From an uncultured Candidatus Rokubacteria bacterium (GTDB lineage Bacteria; Methylomirabilota; Methylomirabilia; Rokubacteriales; DASRDR01): DNA of 64,000 bases. The translations under genes and the position numbers were made by a program. Below, piece by piece: positions 45,570 to 54,482 of the stretch (position 1 is the stretch's first letter; every line of letters starts with the position of its first letter). The notes under the pieces were generated by a model. It worked only from the letters and a program-made list of their open reading frames with translations, was not told the origin of the DNA and did not search any database. The DNA is taken from contig CAVPSB010000018.1 in NCBI GenBank assembly GCA_963708025.1, forward strand, positions 384,001 through 448,000. The letters are read 5' to 3'.

Positions 45570-45836
45570 TCAGTCGTTGATCCAGGACTCCGCGAGCGGG
45601 ATCTCGGGCGCTGGGCGGCGCGCGGGCTGGGGGTCACCGGCCGCTCCGGCGCTCGGCGCCAGCCTCAGCAGCTCGGCCACCTCGTCCCGCCGGTAGAGGC
45701 GCTGCCGCTTGATGCCCTGGCGGTAGCTTCTCAGGATGCCCCGGCTGACGTAGGCATAGAGGGTCGCGGGCTTGATCCCGAGGAGGCCAGCCGCCTCCTC
45801 CACCGTCAGGTACGCCTCGCCGTCCAGGATGACCAT
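45570..45836 (-). CDS. Excisionase/MerR-like helix-turn-helix protein
   Basis: YLTVEEAAGLLGIKPATLYAYVSRG. Confidence 0.88.
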   Translation of the reverse strand: MVILDGEAYLTVEEAAGLLGIKPATLYAYVSRGILRSYRQGIKRQRLYRRDEVAELLRLAPSAGAAGDPQPARRPAPEIPLAESWIND

Positions 45837-45908
45837 CCCGTTTTCCCCCGTTCTCCTGCGAGGTTACATGGACACGCGGCCGCTGTCCAGTCGAGATCTG
45901 TCGTGTCG

Positions 45909-45930
45909 AGTCAAATCAAGTATAATCAAG
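45909..45930. promoter_or_regulatory. AATCAAG direct repeat overlapping a TATAAT box
   Basis: AGTCA-AATCAAG-TAT-AATCAAG between the divergent HTH gene and citrate synthase. Confidence 0.6.
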
Positions 45931-45973
45931 CCCAACACGGCCGAGGCGCTTCACCCTGGACCGGAGGACAGCG

Positions 45974-47368
45974 ATGGACACGGGATGGAAGGCCGGACTC
46001 GAGGACGTCATCGCGGCGCGCTCCGCCGTCTGCGCCATCGACGGCGAGGCCGGCCGCCTCTACTACCGCGGCTACGAGATCGGCGAGCTGGCCGGCGCGG
46101 TGAGCTTCGAGGAGGTCACCCACCTGCTCTGGTTCGGCGAGCTGCCACATCCGGACGAGGGCGAGGCGTTCGCCGGCCGCCTCCGCGCGGCGCGGGGACT
46201 GCCGGCGCCGGTCCTGGCGATGCTGGCGGGCCTGCCGCGCGACTGCCACCCGCTGGACGCCCTCCGGACGGCCGTCTCGCTGGCCGCCGCCTCCGATCCC
46301 GACGCCCGCGCCGGGGATCGGGAGGCCAATCTCCGCAAGGCGTGCCGCCTCATGGCCCTGGTGCCGGAGACGGTCGCGGCCTGGCACCGGATCCGGCGCG
46401 GCCTCGCCGCCGTCCCGGCGCGCGCGGACGGCGGCCACGCCGCCTCGTTCCTCCAGCTGCTGGAGGGCCGGGAGCCGGCGCCCGAGGTCGGCCGCGTGCT
46501 CGACGTCGTGCTCACGCTCCACGCCGACCACGAGTTCAACGCCTCCACGTTCGCTGCCCGGGTCGCCGTCGCGACCCTGGCCGATCTCCACGCCGCCGTC
46601 GTCTCGGCGATCGCCACGCTCAAGGGACCGCGCCACGGCGGGGCCAACGAGGACGTCCTCGAGATGCTGCAGGCGATCGGCGACCCGGCCCGGGCCGAGG
46701 CGTTCGTGGAAGCGCGGCTCCAGACGCGGGCGGGGATGTCGCGAGCCGAGCGCGCCGATCCCCGGGCGCGGGTCCCCGGGTTCGGCCACCGCGTCTACAA
46801 GGTGGACGACGCCCGGGCCCGGGTCCTTCGCGGCATGGCGAAGTCGATGGCCGAGGCGACCGGTCGCACGCGGCTCTTCGAGGTCGCCGAGCGCGTCTAC
46901 GAGGCGGTGAAGGCGCGGACCGGCCTCCCGGTCAACGTCAACTTCTTCTCGGCGGTGGTCTACGACGCCCTCGGCATCCCGGCCGACTTCTGCACGTCGA
47001 TCTTCGCGACCGGGCGGATCGCCGGCTGGTGCGCGCACACCCTGGAGCAGTACGCCGACAACCGCCTCATCCGGCCACGGGCCGAGTACGTCGGGGTCGC
47101 GCCGCGCCCGGTCCCGGCCCGTCCGAGTCCTGAAGACCACGCCTACGAGTGGCGAAAGCGCGGCGCCTCCTTGGCGAAGAAGGCGCGGACGCCTTCGCGG
47201 CAATCGTCGGTCCGGAACACGGCCTCGCTCAGCCGGAGCGTGCGGGCCAGGGCCTCGTCCTCGGCGGCGTCGAGACCGAGGTCGATCGCCTGCTTGCAGA
47301 GCTCGAGCGCCCGGGCCGGGCGGGTGGCCAGCACCGCGGCCAGCTCCCGGGCCGTGGTGAGCGCCTGA
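45974..47368 (+). CDS. Citrate/2-methylcitrate synthase; homology ends near 47110 and the tail overlaps the convergent gene
   Basis: GLEDVIA, LYYRGY, HADHEFNASTF, LKGPRHGGANE, GFGHRVYK, PVNVNFF, LIRPRAEY. Confidence 0.92.
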   Translation: MDTGWKAGLEDVIAARSAVCAIDGEAGRLYYRGYEIGELAGAVSFEEVTHLLWFGELPHPDEGEAFAGRLRAARGLPAPVLAMLAGLPRDCHPLDALRTAVSLAAASDPDARAGDREANLRKACRLMALVPETVAAWHRIRRGLAAVPARADGGHAASFLQLLEGREPAPEVGRVLDVVLTLHADHEFNASTFAARVAVATLADLHAAVVSAIATLKGPRHGGANEDVLEMLQAIGDPARAEAFVEARLQTRAGMSRAERADPRARVPGFGHRVYKVDDARARVLRGMAKSMAEATGRTRLFEVAERVYEAVKARTGLPVNVNFFSAVVYDALGIPADFCTSIFATGRIAGWCAHTLEQYADNRLIRPRAEYVGVAPRPVPARPSPEDHAYEWRKRGASLAKKARTPSRQSSVRNTASLSRSVRARASSSAASRPRSIACLQSSSARAGRVASTAASSRAVVSA

Positions 47369-47922
47369 CCGGCGGGGACCACCCGGTTCACCAGCCCCCA
47401 GCCGCGCGCCGTCTGCGCATCGATCGGCTCGCCGAAGAAGGCCAGCTCCTTGGCCCGCCCCTCCCCGACGCGCCGGGGTACCCGCACGGTGCCGCCGGTG
47501 CCGGGAAAGACGCCGAGCTTGATCTCCGGCAGGGCCAGCCGGACGTCGGCGCCGGCGATCAGCAGGTCGCAGCAGACGGCCAGCTCCAGCCCGCCGCCGA
47601 AGGCGAGGCCGTTCAGCGCGGCGATCGTGGGCCGGGGGAAGCCGTCGAGGCGGCTCCAGGCCGCGTTCTCCAGCGCGAGCTTGCGGCCGACCACGTCGTC
47701 GGCCACCGAGGGAAACTCCGCGATGTCCGAGCCGGCGCAGAAGGCACGCGTCCCGGATCCGGTGACGATCAGGACGCGGACCTTGGAATCGGCGGCCAGC
47801 CGGCCGAGCGTCTCGTGGAGGCGCCGGGTGAGCTCCAGGGTGACCAGGTTCAGCGGCGGGTTGTCCAGGGTCAGCTCGGCGATGCCCCCAGCGACATCGA
47901 GACGGACGAGGTCCGGCGTCAC
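47143..47922 (-). CDS. Enoyl-CoA hydratase/isomerase
   Basis: FCAGSDI, AFGGGLELA, PEIKLG, EGVRAF. Confidence 0.93.
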   Translation of the reverse strand: MTPDLVRLDVAGGIAELTLDNPPLNLVTLELTRRLHETLGRLAADSKVRVLIVTGSGTRAFCAGSDIAEFPSVADDVVGRKLALENAAWSRLDGFPRPTIAALNGLAFGGGLELAVCCDLLIAGADVRLALPEIKLGVFPGTGGTVRVPRRVGEGRAKELAFFGEPIDAQTARGWGLVNRVVPAGQALTTARELAAVLATRPARALELCKQAIDLGLDAAEDEALARTLRLSEAVFRTDDCREGVRAFFAKEAPRFRHS

Positions 47923-47954
47923 GCTCAGGCCTCCTTCTCTTCTTGAAGCGCCAA

Positions 47955-48034
47955 AGTCATGACAGATGAGTCAACTTCCCGGGCGGGGTCGAGGAGCGAG
48001 CAGTGCCCCCAGGCCGAAGGCCGTCCGAACGACG
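47955..48034. repeat. Repeat copy, inverted relative to 45432-45504
   Basis: Reverse complement GGACGGCCTTCGGCCTGGGGGCACTGCTCGCTCCTCGACCCCGCCCGGGAAGTTGACTCATCTGTCATGACT aligns with 45432-45504. Confidence 0.85.
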
Positions 48035-48063
48035 ACGCGCTGCGACGCTCATCGCCCCGCCCG

Positions 48064-48903
48064 TTAGCCCTTCAAGCCGCTCATGATTACTCCCCGCACG
48101 ATCCAGCGCTGGAGCGTGAGGAAGATCACCAGGATCGGCAGGATGCTCAGCACGGCGGCGGCGGTGGCCAGGTGGTACTCGATGAAGTACATGTTGGTGA
48201 AGCTCATCAGCCCGATGGTCACCACCCGCATGGTCGGCGAGTTGACGACGATCAGCGGCCAGAAGAACTCGTTCCACGTCCACATGAACTTGATGATGAC
48301 CAGCGTGGCCAGCGCCGGCTTCACCGTGGGCAGGATCACCCGCCAGAAGATGCCGAGCTCGCCGCAGCCGTCGATGCGGGCGGCGTCGATGTAGTCGCTC
48401 GGCACCACCTCGATGGACTGCCGCATCAGGAAGACGCCGAACACGCTCACCAGATCCGGGGCCAGGATGCCGAGGTAGGTGTCGAGCAGCCCGAGGCGGT
48501 TCACCCACAGGTAGAGCGGCACCACCACCGACTGGAACGGCACCATCAGGATCCCGATCACGGCGAAGAACAGGACGTCCCGGCCCGGGAAGCGGAACTT
48601 CGCGAAGCCGTAGCCGGCCAGCGCCGAGAAGACGAGGCTGGAAACGGCCGAGATGGAGGCCACCAGCGCGCTGTTCAGGAGGAACCGGCCGAACGGCTGG
48701 CGCTGGAAGACCTCCCGGTAGTTGTCGAGGTGGCCCCACCGGTCGGGAAGGATCTGGAGGGGAAGGCGCTGGATCTCCGGCGCGGTCTTCAGCGAGGTGA
48801 CCGCCATCCAGAAGAAGGGGAAGAAGACGGCCAGAGCCCCGGCGGCCACCAGCAGGACGGCGAGCCACCGGCCGGCCGCGGCCGGAACGACACGCGTCCG
48901 CAC
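48064..48903 (-). CDS. Carbohydrate ABC transporter permease (start uncertain, up to 49008)
   Basis: AGYGFAK, DAARIDG, WNEFFWPL. Confidence 0.92.
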   Translation of the reverse strand: MRTRVVPAAAGRWLAVLLVAAGALAVFFPFFWMAVTSLKTAPEIQRLPLQILPDRWGHLDNYREVFQRQPFGRFLLNSALVASISAVSSLVFSALAGYGFAKFRFPGRDVLFFAVIGILMVPFQSVVVPLYLWVNRLGLLDTYLGILAPDLVSVFGVFLMRQSIEVVPSDYIDAARIDGCGELGIFWRVILPTVKPALATLVIIKFMWTWNEFFWPLIVVNSPTMRVVTIGLMSFTNMYFIEYHLATAAAVLSILPILVIFLTLQRWIVRGVIMSGLKG

Positions 48904-48998
48904 CTTCGCGGGCACCAGCAGCCGATCGGAAGAAACGCCGGTGCCGGCTTCAGCAGGCAGCGCAGCGCTCCGAGCGCCGGCTTCGCCGGCGCAACGGC

Positions 48999-49040
48999 GG
49001 GGGGGCATCGGGGGGGTGTTCCGACACCCCCCCGAAGTCT
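48999..49040. repeat. Short hairpin repeat; copy of 22264-22305
   Basis: GGGGGGCATCGGGGGGGTGTTCCGACACCCCCCCGAAG, abutting a minus-strand stop codon. Confidence 0.7.
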
Positions 49041-49947
49041 AATATTCGATTGGCTTGCGGAAGAATCGCCATTGCAGGAGCGTCACCAGCAGGAGCGACA
49101 CGAAGACGAAGACCGCCATCACCGAGGCGTCGCCGAGCCGGAAGTACTTGAAGGCCGTGTCGTACAGCAGCATGATCACCGTCTGGCTGGCGCCGGCCGG
49201 TCCCCCCTGGGTGGTCGCGTAGACCTGGTCGAAGATCTTGAAGTTGAAGATCAGCTCCAGGATGCCCACCATCAGGATCTGCGGGTTCAGGAGCGGCAGC
49301 GTGACGTGGCGGAGCTTCTGCCACGCCCCGGCCCCATCGATCTCGGCCGCCTCGTAGTACTCGATCGGGATCGACTGGAGCGCGGCCAGGAAGATCATGG
49401 TGTCGAAGCCGAGGCGCACCCACACGCTCACCGCCGCCAGCGACGGGCGCACCTGGTCCAGGCTCTGGAGCCACTTCTGCGGGGGGAGGCCGACCAGCGC
49501 CAGCAGCCAGTTGAGGAAGCCGTACACCGGGTCGTAGATCCACTGCCAGACCAGCGCGGCCGCGACCAGGGAGACCGAGAACGGCAGGAAGTACATGGCG
49601 GCCCAGACGTTGCGCCACCGCCGGCTCCCGATCCGGTTCAAGGCCAGCGCGACGGCCAGCGCCAGGACCACGGTGGTGGGCACCGACATCACCACCAGGC
49701 TCAACGTGTTGCCGACGCTCCGCCAGAAGTCCGAGTCGGTGAGGACCTTCTCGTAGAGCCGGAGGCCCACGAAGCGGCTCTCGCCGCCGGGCACCGTGCG
49801 ATGGAAGGAGCCGATGACCGACTCGACGAGCGGGATCAGGAACACGAGCGCGAAGTAGAGCACGGCGGGCAGGACGAAGAGGAGGCCCGCCCGCCGCTGG
49901 CGGTCCATGTAGGACCGGGGGAACGCGAGCCGGACGAGGTTACTCAC
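49039..49947 (-). CDS. Carbohydrate ABC transporter permease
   Basis: YEAAEIDGA, VTLPLL, FKIFD, TQGGP. Confidence 0.92.
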   Translation of the reverse strand: MSNLVRLAFPRSYMDRQRRAGLLFVLPAVLYFALVFLIPLVESVIGSFHRTVPGGESRFVGLRLYEKVLTDSDFWRSVGNTLSLVVMSVPTTVVLALAVALALNRIGSRRWRNVWAAMYFLPFSVSLVAAALVWQWIYDPVYGFLNWLLALVGLPPQKWLQSLDQVRPSLAAVSVWVRLGFDTMIFLAALQSIPIEYYEAAEIDGAGAWQKLRHVTLPLLNPQILMVGILELIFNFKIFDQVYATTQGGPAGASQTVIMLLYDTAFKYFRLGDASVMAVFVFVSLLLVTLLQWRFFRKPIEY

Positions 49948-50353
49948 CGGCAGAGGCCGGCCCGCGCCGCTGGACCAGACGGAAGGCGCCCAGCCCCAGC
50001 ACGGTCGCCGCCATCAGCGCGGCGGCGAAGAAGACCGGCGCCGCGGGGCTTCCGGAGCGGTCGCGAATGAGCCCGGCCAGAGGCTGGGTGACGGCCATGC
50101 CGAGATAGCCCATGAGGGCCAGCCCGACCACCACGACCCGCCGGTCGCCGAAGCGCCGGCCGAGGAGCCCGCCCGGCAGGGCGATGGCCGCGCCGGGCAG
50201 CAGGTAGAGCCCCAGGAGCCAGCCGAGCTGGGCGTAGCTCAGCCGGAACTCGTCGATCAGGAAGGGAGCGATCGAGGCGATCGACTGGAGCTGGAAGCCC
50301 ATCGACAGACGCGTGAGGAAGATGACAGCCAGCGCCGTCCAGCGACTCCTCAC
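49940..50353 (-). pseudogene. MFS transporter with an in-frame internal deletion
   Basis: First ~3 TMs and motif A (GLLGRRFGDRR) are joined directly to the last two TMs (GYLGMAVTQPLAGLIRDRSGS); only 137 aa. Confidence 0.75.
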
Positions 50354-50377
50354 GCGCCTGTCCGGGCGTGGACTCCG

Positions 50378-51643
50378 TCAGTCCTTCAGGATCTTGTCCA
50401 TCTTGGCGGCCGCCTCGTCGAGCAATGGCTTCGGCTGGCCCTTGCCGTAGAGGACGCCGACCACCGCCTCGCCGAACGCCGTGGCCAGCTCGTTCGACTT
50501 GGGGTGGAAGTAGGTCGGGGGCACCGGCTGCTTCAGCATCTCCTGGGTGGACTGGTAGTCCGGGCGCGACTTGACGTACGGCGTCTCGAGGTTCGCCGTC
50601 CAGACCGGCAGGAAGCCGGCGACCTGGTGCTGGTCCAGGTCGTCCTTGGCGTTGCTGATGAAGCGCATGAACTCCCAGACGACCTGCTTGTTCGGACTGT
50701 TCTTGTAGACGAGGTTGGTCCACGGGAAGAGGGCGCCGGCCCCCGGGCAGGCCTTCCCGCACGGCAGCGCCGCCACCTTGAAGCTCACGTCCGGCGCGTT
50801 CTTGCGCACCCAGCCGAAGAACCACGACTCCCGGAAGATCACCGCCGCCCGCTTCTGGCCGAACGCTTCCTCGGGGTTGCCGAGGGCGAGGCTGGCCACC
50901 TTGTGCTTGTTGACGAGGTCGCCGTAGAACTGGAGCGCGGCCACCATCTCCGGGCTGTTGGCGTAGCCGGTCGCCTTCTCCAGGTCGGGGGAGAGCATCC
51001 GGGCGCCGAAGGCGTGGGCGAAGGGCAGGAACTTGTCGGCGATCCCGACCGGGTGGCCCTTGTGACGGATGGCGAAGCCCACCTGGTTCGGCTCCACCGT
51101 GAGCTTCTTCATCGCGGCCAGCCAGTCGTCGAGCGTCTTGGGTGGCTTCTCGGGGTCGAGGCCCGCCTTCTTGAAGAGGTCGGCGTCGAGGTACATCTGC
51201 TGGAAGTTCCCGTGCTCCAGCGGGATGCCGTAGCGCGCGCCCTTCCACTTGCCGATGGGCACCATGTACTTCGGCAAGGCCTCGTCCCAGGTCTTCTCGA
51301 GGTCGGCCGGCATCTTGTCGCAGAAGTCGTACTGCCCGCACCACTGATGGGTCATCCCGTTGAAGAAGTCGGGGGCGCCGCTCTTGCCCATGAGCGCCGC
51401 CAGGTACTTCGCCTCGTACCCCTGGTACGGGATGATGACGACCTCGATCTCGACGCCGGTCTTCTTGGCGAACTCCTTGCCCTTGCTCTCGTACCACTTG
51501 TTGAAGTCGGGGTTCTGCTCCCAGTGCGTCCAGTACACGAGCTTCTTGGCCTGGCCCGATGCCCGGTCGGGGTTGACGGCGGCCATTGTCACGGCCACGG
51601 CCACGAGGAGGACGACGAGGGCTAGCCAGCGGGGCGGTCGCAT
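50378..51643 (-). CDS. Carbohydrate ABC transporter substrate-binding protein
   Basis: AAAGGAG RBS, signal peptide, YGIP, DLFKKAGLDPEKPPKTLDD. Confidence 0.9.
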   Translation of the reverse strand: MRPPRWLALVVLLVAVAVTMAAVNPDRASGQAKKLVYWTHWEQNPDFNKWYESKGKEFAKKTGVEIEVVIIPYQGYEAKYLAALMGKSGAPDFFNGMTHQWCGQYDFCDKMPADLEKTWDEALPKYMVPIGKWKGARYGIPLEHGNFQQMYLDADLFKKAGLDPEKPPKTLDDWLAAMKKLTVEPNQVGFAIRHKGHPVGIADKFLPFAHAFGARMLSPDLEKATGYANSPEMVAALQFYGDLVNKHKVASLALGNPEEAFGQKRAAVIFRESWFFGWVRKNAPDVSFKVAALPCGKACPGAGALFPWTNLVYKNSPNKQVVWEFMRFISNAKDDLDQHQVAGFLPVWTANLETPYVKSRPDYQSTQEMLKQPVPPTYFHPKSNELATAFGEAVVGVLYGKGQPKPLLDEAAAKMDKILKD

Positions 51644-51683
51644 GCTGCGCTCCTTTCGGCGGAGATGAAGGGCGCCGGCCGAC

Positions 51684-52639
51684 CTACGAGGTCGGCACTC
51701 GCGCCCGGACGTGGTCGGGGACCGGGTAGCGGCGGGTCCACGTGCCCGCCTTGACGACCTGACCCGGAAGGACGCGGCCGACGATCTCCTGGACTCGCCG
51801 GGAGGCGGCGAGGAGCCGCTCCAGGTCGATGCCGGTCGCGACGCCCATGGCCTCGAGGCAGTGGACGAGGTCCTCGGTGCAGACGTTGCCGGAGGCGCCG
51901 GGCGCGAAGGGGCAGCCGCCGAGCCCGCCGATGGAGGCGTCGAAATGCGTGACGCCGCACTCCATGGCGGCCAGGATGTTGGGGATGGCCATCGCCCGGG
52001 TGTCGTGGGTGTGGAGCGTCCAGACGAGGTGCGGCCATTTCGGGATGAGGTGGGCAAAGGCGCGGGCGACCTGGACGGGGTTGGCCATCCCGGTCGTGTC
52101 GGCGAGGCCGATGCCGCGGACGCCGAGGTCGGCCAGCCGCCCGCACAGCCACTCGATCGCGACCCAGCGGGACCTCGCCCTCGAACGGGCAGCCGAACGA
52201 CGGTCGAGATGCCCGCGACGATCGGGATTGGCTTGCCGGCGCGCCCGGCCACCTCGGCCACCGCCCGCAGCCGGGCCAGCGACTCCTCGACGGTCATGTT
52301 GACGTTGGCGAGGTTGTGGCTCTCGCTGGCCGAGATGACCGTCCGCAGCTCGTCGGCGCCGGCGTCGATCGCCCGGACCGCGCCCTTGTCGTTGGGGACC
52401 AGCGCCGAGTAGACGGTGCCCGGCCGCCGGTGGATGCCGGCCATCACCGCCTCGGCGTCCCGCATCTGCGGCACCACCTTGGGGTGGACGAACGAGGTGA
52501 CCTCGATCTGGGGCAGCCCGGCCTCGGCCAGCCGGTCCACCATCTCGATCTTCAGCTCGGTCGGGATGAAGTCGGGCTCGATCTGGAACCCGTCCCGGGT
52601 CCCCACCTCGCAGATGGTCACCTGCTGCGCCAGTCTCAT
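51684..52639 (-). pseudogene. Hydroxymethylglutaryl-CoA lyase with two 1-nt insertions near 52202 and 52158 (possibly sequencing errors)
   Basis: EVGTRDGFQ, SFVHPKVVPQM; SFGCPFEG is recoverable in a shifted frame; LADTTGMANP, HTHDT, GGLGGCPFAPGASGN. Confidence 0.85.
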
Positions 52640-53206
52640 GACCGAGGCCCCAGCACGTCGTCCACCGAGAGCACCCAGTCAGGAAACGCCTCGCAGCCGA
52701 GCCGCTCTCCGCGCGGTCGCCGCTGCGTCTCGGCGTACCGGCCGGTGGCTGGCTGACGATATACCTCGACGGCCTCGGCGTTGAGGTCGACCAGCCAGAC
52801 CTCGGGGATGCCCGCCCGAGCGTAGAGGAGCGTCTTGACCGCGCGATCGTAACCCAGCGAGGTGTCGGCGACCTCGACGACGAGGAATACATCGCGGGGT
52901 TCAGGATGAGCTCGGGCGTAGAAATCGTGGCTGGGCCGCAGGACCATCAGATCGGGCTGGGGTTCGGAATCGGGAGGGATGGAGGCCGGGTTCTGGACGC
53001 TCACGATCGCCCGTTCGCCCAAGCGCACGGATCAGGAGGTGAGAGAGCCGGGTGACGCACGCCGCGTGGCGGCTGCCGATCGGCGTCATCTCCACGATCT
53101 CCCCGTCGATCAGCTCGACGCGGTCGTCCTCCCGGAGAATGCCCGCCTCCCCCATCCGGTGGTACTCGTTGACCGTGAACCGCCGCCGCGCGATCTCGAC
53201 CGCCAT
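52636..53206 (-). pseudogene. Uma2-family endonuclease with a 1-nt insertion near 53019
   Basis: RRFTVNEYHRMGEAGIL..RVELIDGEI, then shifted to SEPQPDL, VEVADTS, YARAGIPEVW. Confidence 0.85.
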
Positions 53207-53213
53207 GCGCGCC

Positions 53214-54380
53214 TCAGTACGACCGGGGGAGGCCGAGCACGTGCTCGCCGACGTAGGCCAGCACCAGGTTCTGGTTGATGGGCGCCGTCTTGTAGAGCCG
53301 CGCCTCCCGGAACTTCCGCTCCACGTCGTACTCCTCGGCGTAGCCGTAGCCACCGTGGCAGTCGATGCAGGCGTTGGCGGCCTCCCAGGCGGCCTCGGCG
53401 GCCAGGTACTTGGCCATGTTCGCCTCGGGCCCGCACGGCTGACCGGCGTCGAAGAGGGCGGCCGCCTTGCCCCGCATGAGGTCGGCGGCCTCCACCGCCA
53501 TGTGGGCCTTGGCGATGGGGAACTGCACGCCCTGGTTGGCGCCGATCGGGCGCCCGAAGACGACCCGCTGGTTCGCGTAGGCGACGGCCTTCTCGATGAA
53601 CCAGCGGCCGTCCCCCAGCGAGTCGGAGGCCACCAGGATCCGCTCGGCGTTCATGCCGTCCAGGATGTACGCGAAGCCGCGGCCCTCCTCGCCGATCAGG
53701 CTGTCGGCCGGGATCGCCATGTTGTCGAAGAAGAGGGCGTTGGTGGAGTGGTTCATCATCATCCGGAGCGGGCGGATCTCGAGGCCGTTCGCGTGGCGGA
53801 TGTCGACGAGGAACACCGAGAGCCCGTCGGTCTTGCGCTTGACCTGGTCGAGGGGCGTGGTCCGGGCCAGGAGCAGCATGAGGTCGGACTGGAGTACCCG
53901 CGAGATGAAGATCTTCTGGCCGTTCACCACGTAGCGGTCGCCCTGGCGGACGGCGGTGGTCTGGAGCCGGGTGGTGTCGGAGCCGGAGTTGGGCTCGGTG
54001 ACCCCGAACGCCTGGAGCCGCAGCTCGCCGGTGGCGATCTTCGGCAGGTGCGCCTGCTTCTGGGCGGCGCTGCCGTGCCGGAGGAGGGTGCCCATGATGT
54101 ACATCTGGGCGTGACAGGCGGCCGCGTTCCCGCCGCAGGCGTTGATCGTCTCCAGGATGAGGCCGCCCTCGAAGATGCCGAGACCGGCGCCGCCGTACTC
54201 CTGGGGGATCAGCGCGGCCAGGTAGCCGGCCCGGGTCAGCTCGGCGACGAAGGCTTCGGGGTACTCCCGCCTGGCGTCCAGCTCGCGCCAGTACTCGCCG
54301 GGGTACTTCTTGCAGATCTCCGCCACCCCGGCCTTGAGCGCGCGCTGCTCGTCGGTGAGGGTGATGCGCACCGTGGTCAT
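53214..54380 (-). CDS. Acyl-CoA dehydrogenase
   Basis: VTEPNSGSD, NGQKIFIS, R.VFGRPIG, HGGYGYAEEYDVER. Confidence 0.94.
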   Translation of the reverse strand: MTTVRITLTDEQRALKAGVAEICKKYPGEYWRELDARREYPEAFVAELTRAGYLAALIPQEYGGAGLGIFEGGLILETINACGGNAAACHAQMYIMGTLLRHGSAAQKQAHLPKIATGELRLQAFGVTEPNSGSDTTRLQTTAVRQGDRYVVNGQKIFISRVLQSDLMLLLARTTPLDQVKRKTDGLSVFLVDIRHANGLEIRPLRMMMNHSTNALFFDNMAIPADSLIGEEGRGFAYILDGMNAERILVASDSLGDGRWFIEKAVAYANQRVVFGRPIGANQGVQFPIAKAHMAVEAADLMRGKAAALFDAGQPCGPEANMAKYLAAEAAWEAANACIDCHGGYGYAEEYDVERKFREARLYKTAPINQNLVLAYVGEHVLGLPRSY

Positions 54381-54482
54381 GGGTGTGTCCCTCGGGTCCC
54401 GCCGCGATTCACCGGACCTGCCGAGGAGACCGTAGCAGAAGCGCTCGGGCCGCGCAACGGCCGCTGCCGTCGAATCGCCGCC

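Noticed and set aside
45570-45836. Prophage or ICE excisionase
   Set aside because: No integrase or phage genes nearby; the LYAYVSRG-type HTH is the kind associated with citrate synthase loci.
47110-47368. Functional C-terminal extension of citrate synthase overlapping the enoyl-CoA hydratase
   Set aside because: The extension is simply the antisense of the neighbouring gene, with no recognisable features; likely stop-codon drift or an indel.
50378-52639. HMG-CoA lyase fused to a sugar-binding protein (753-aa ORF)
   Set aside because: Artefact of the frameshift near 52202. The binding protein has its own RBS, ATG (51643) and signal peptide.
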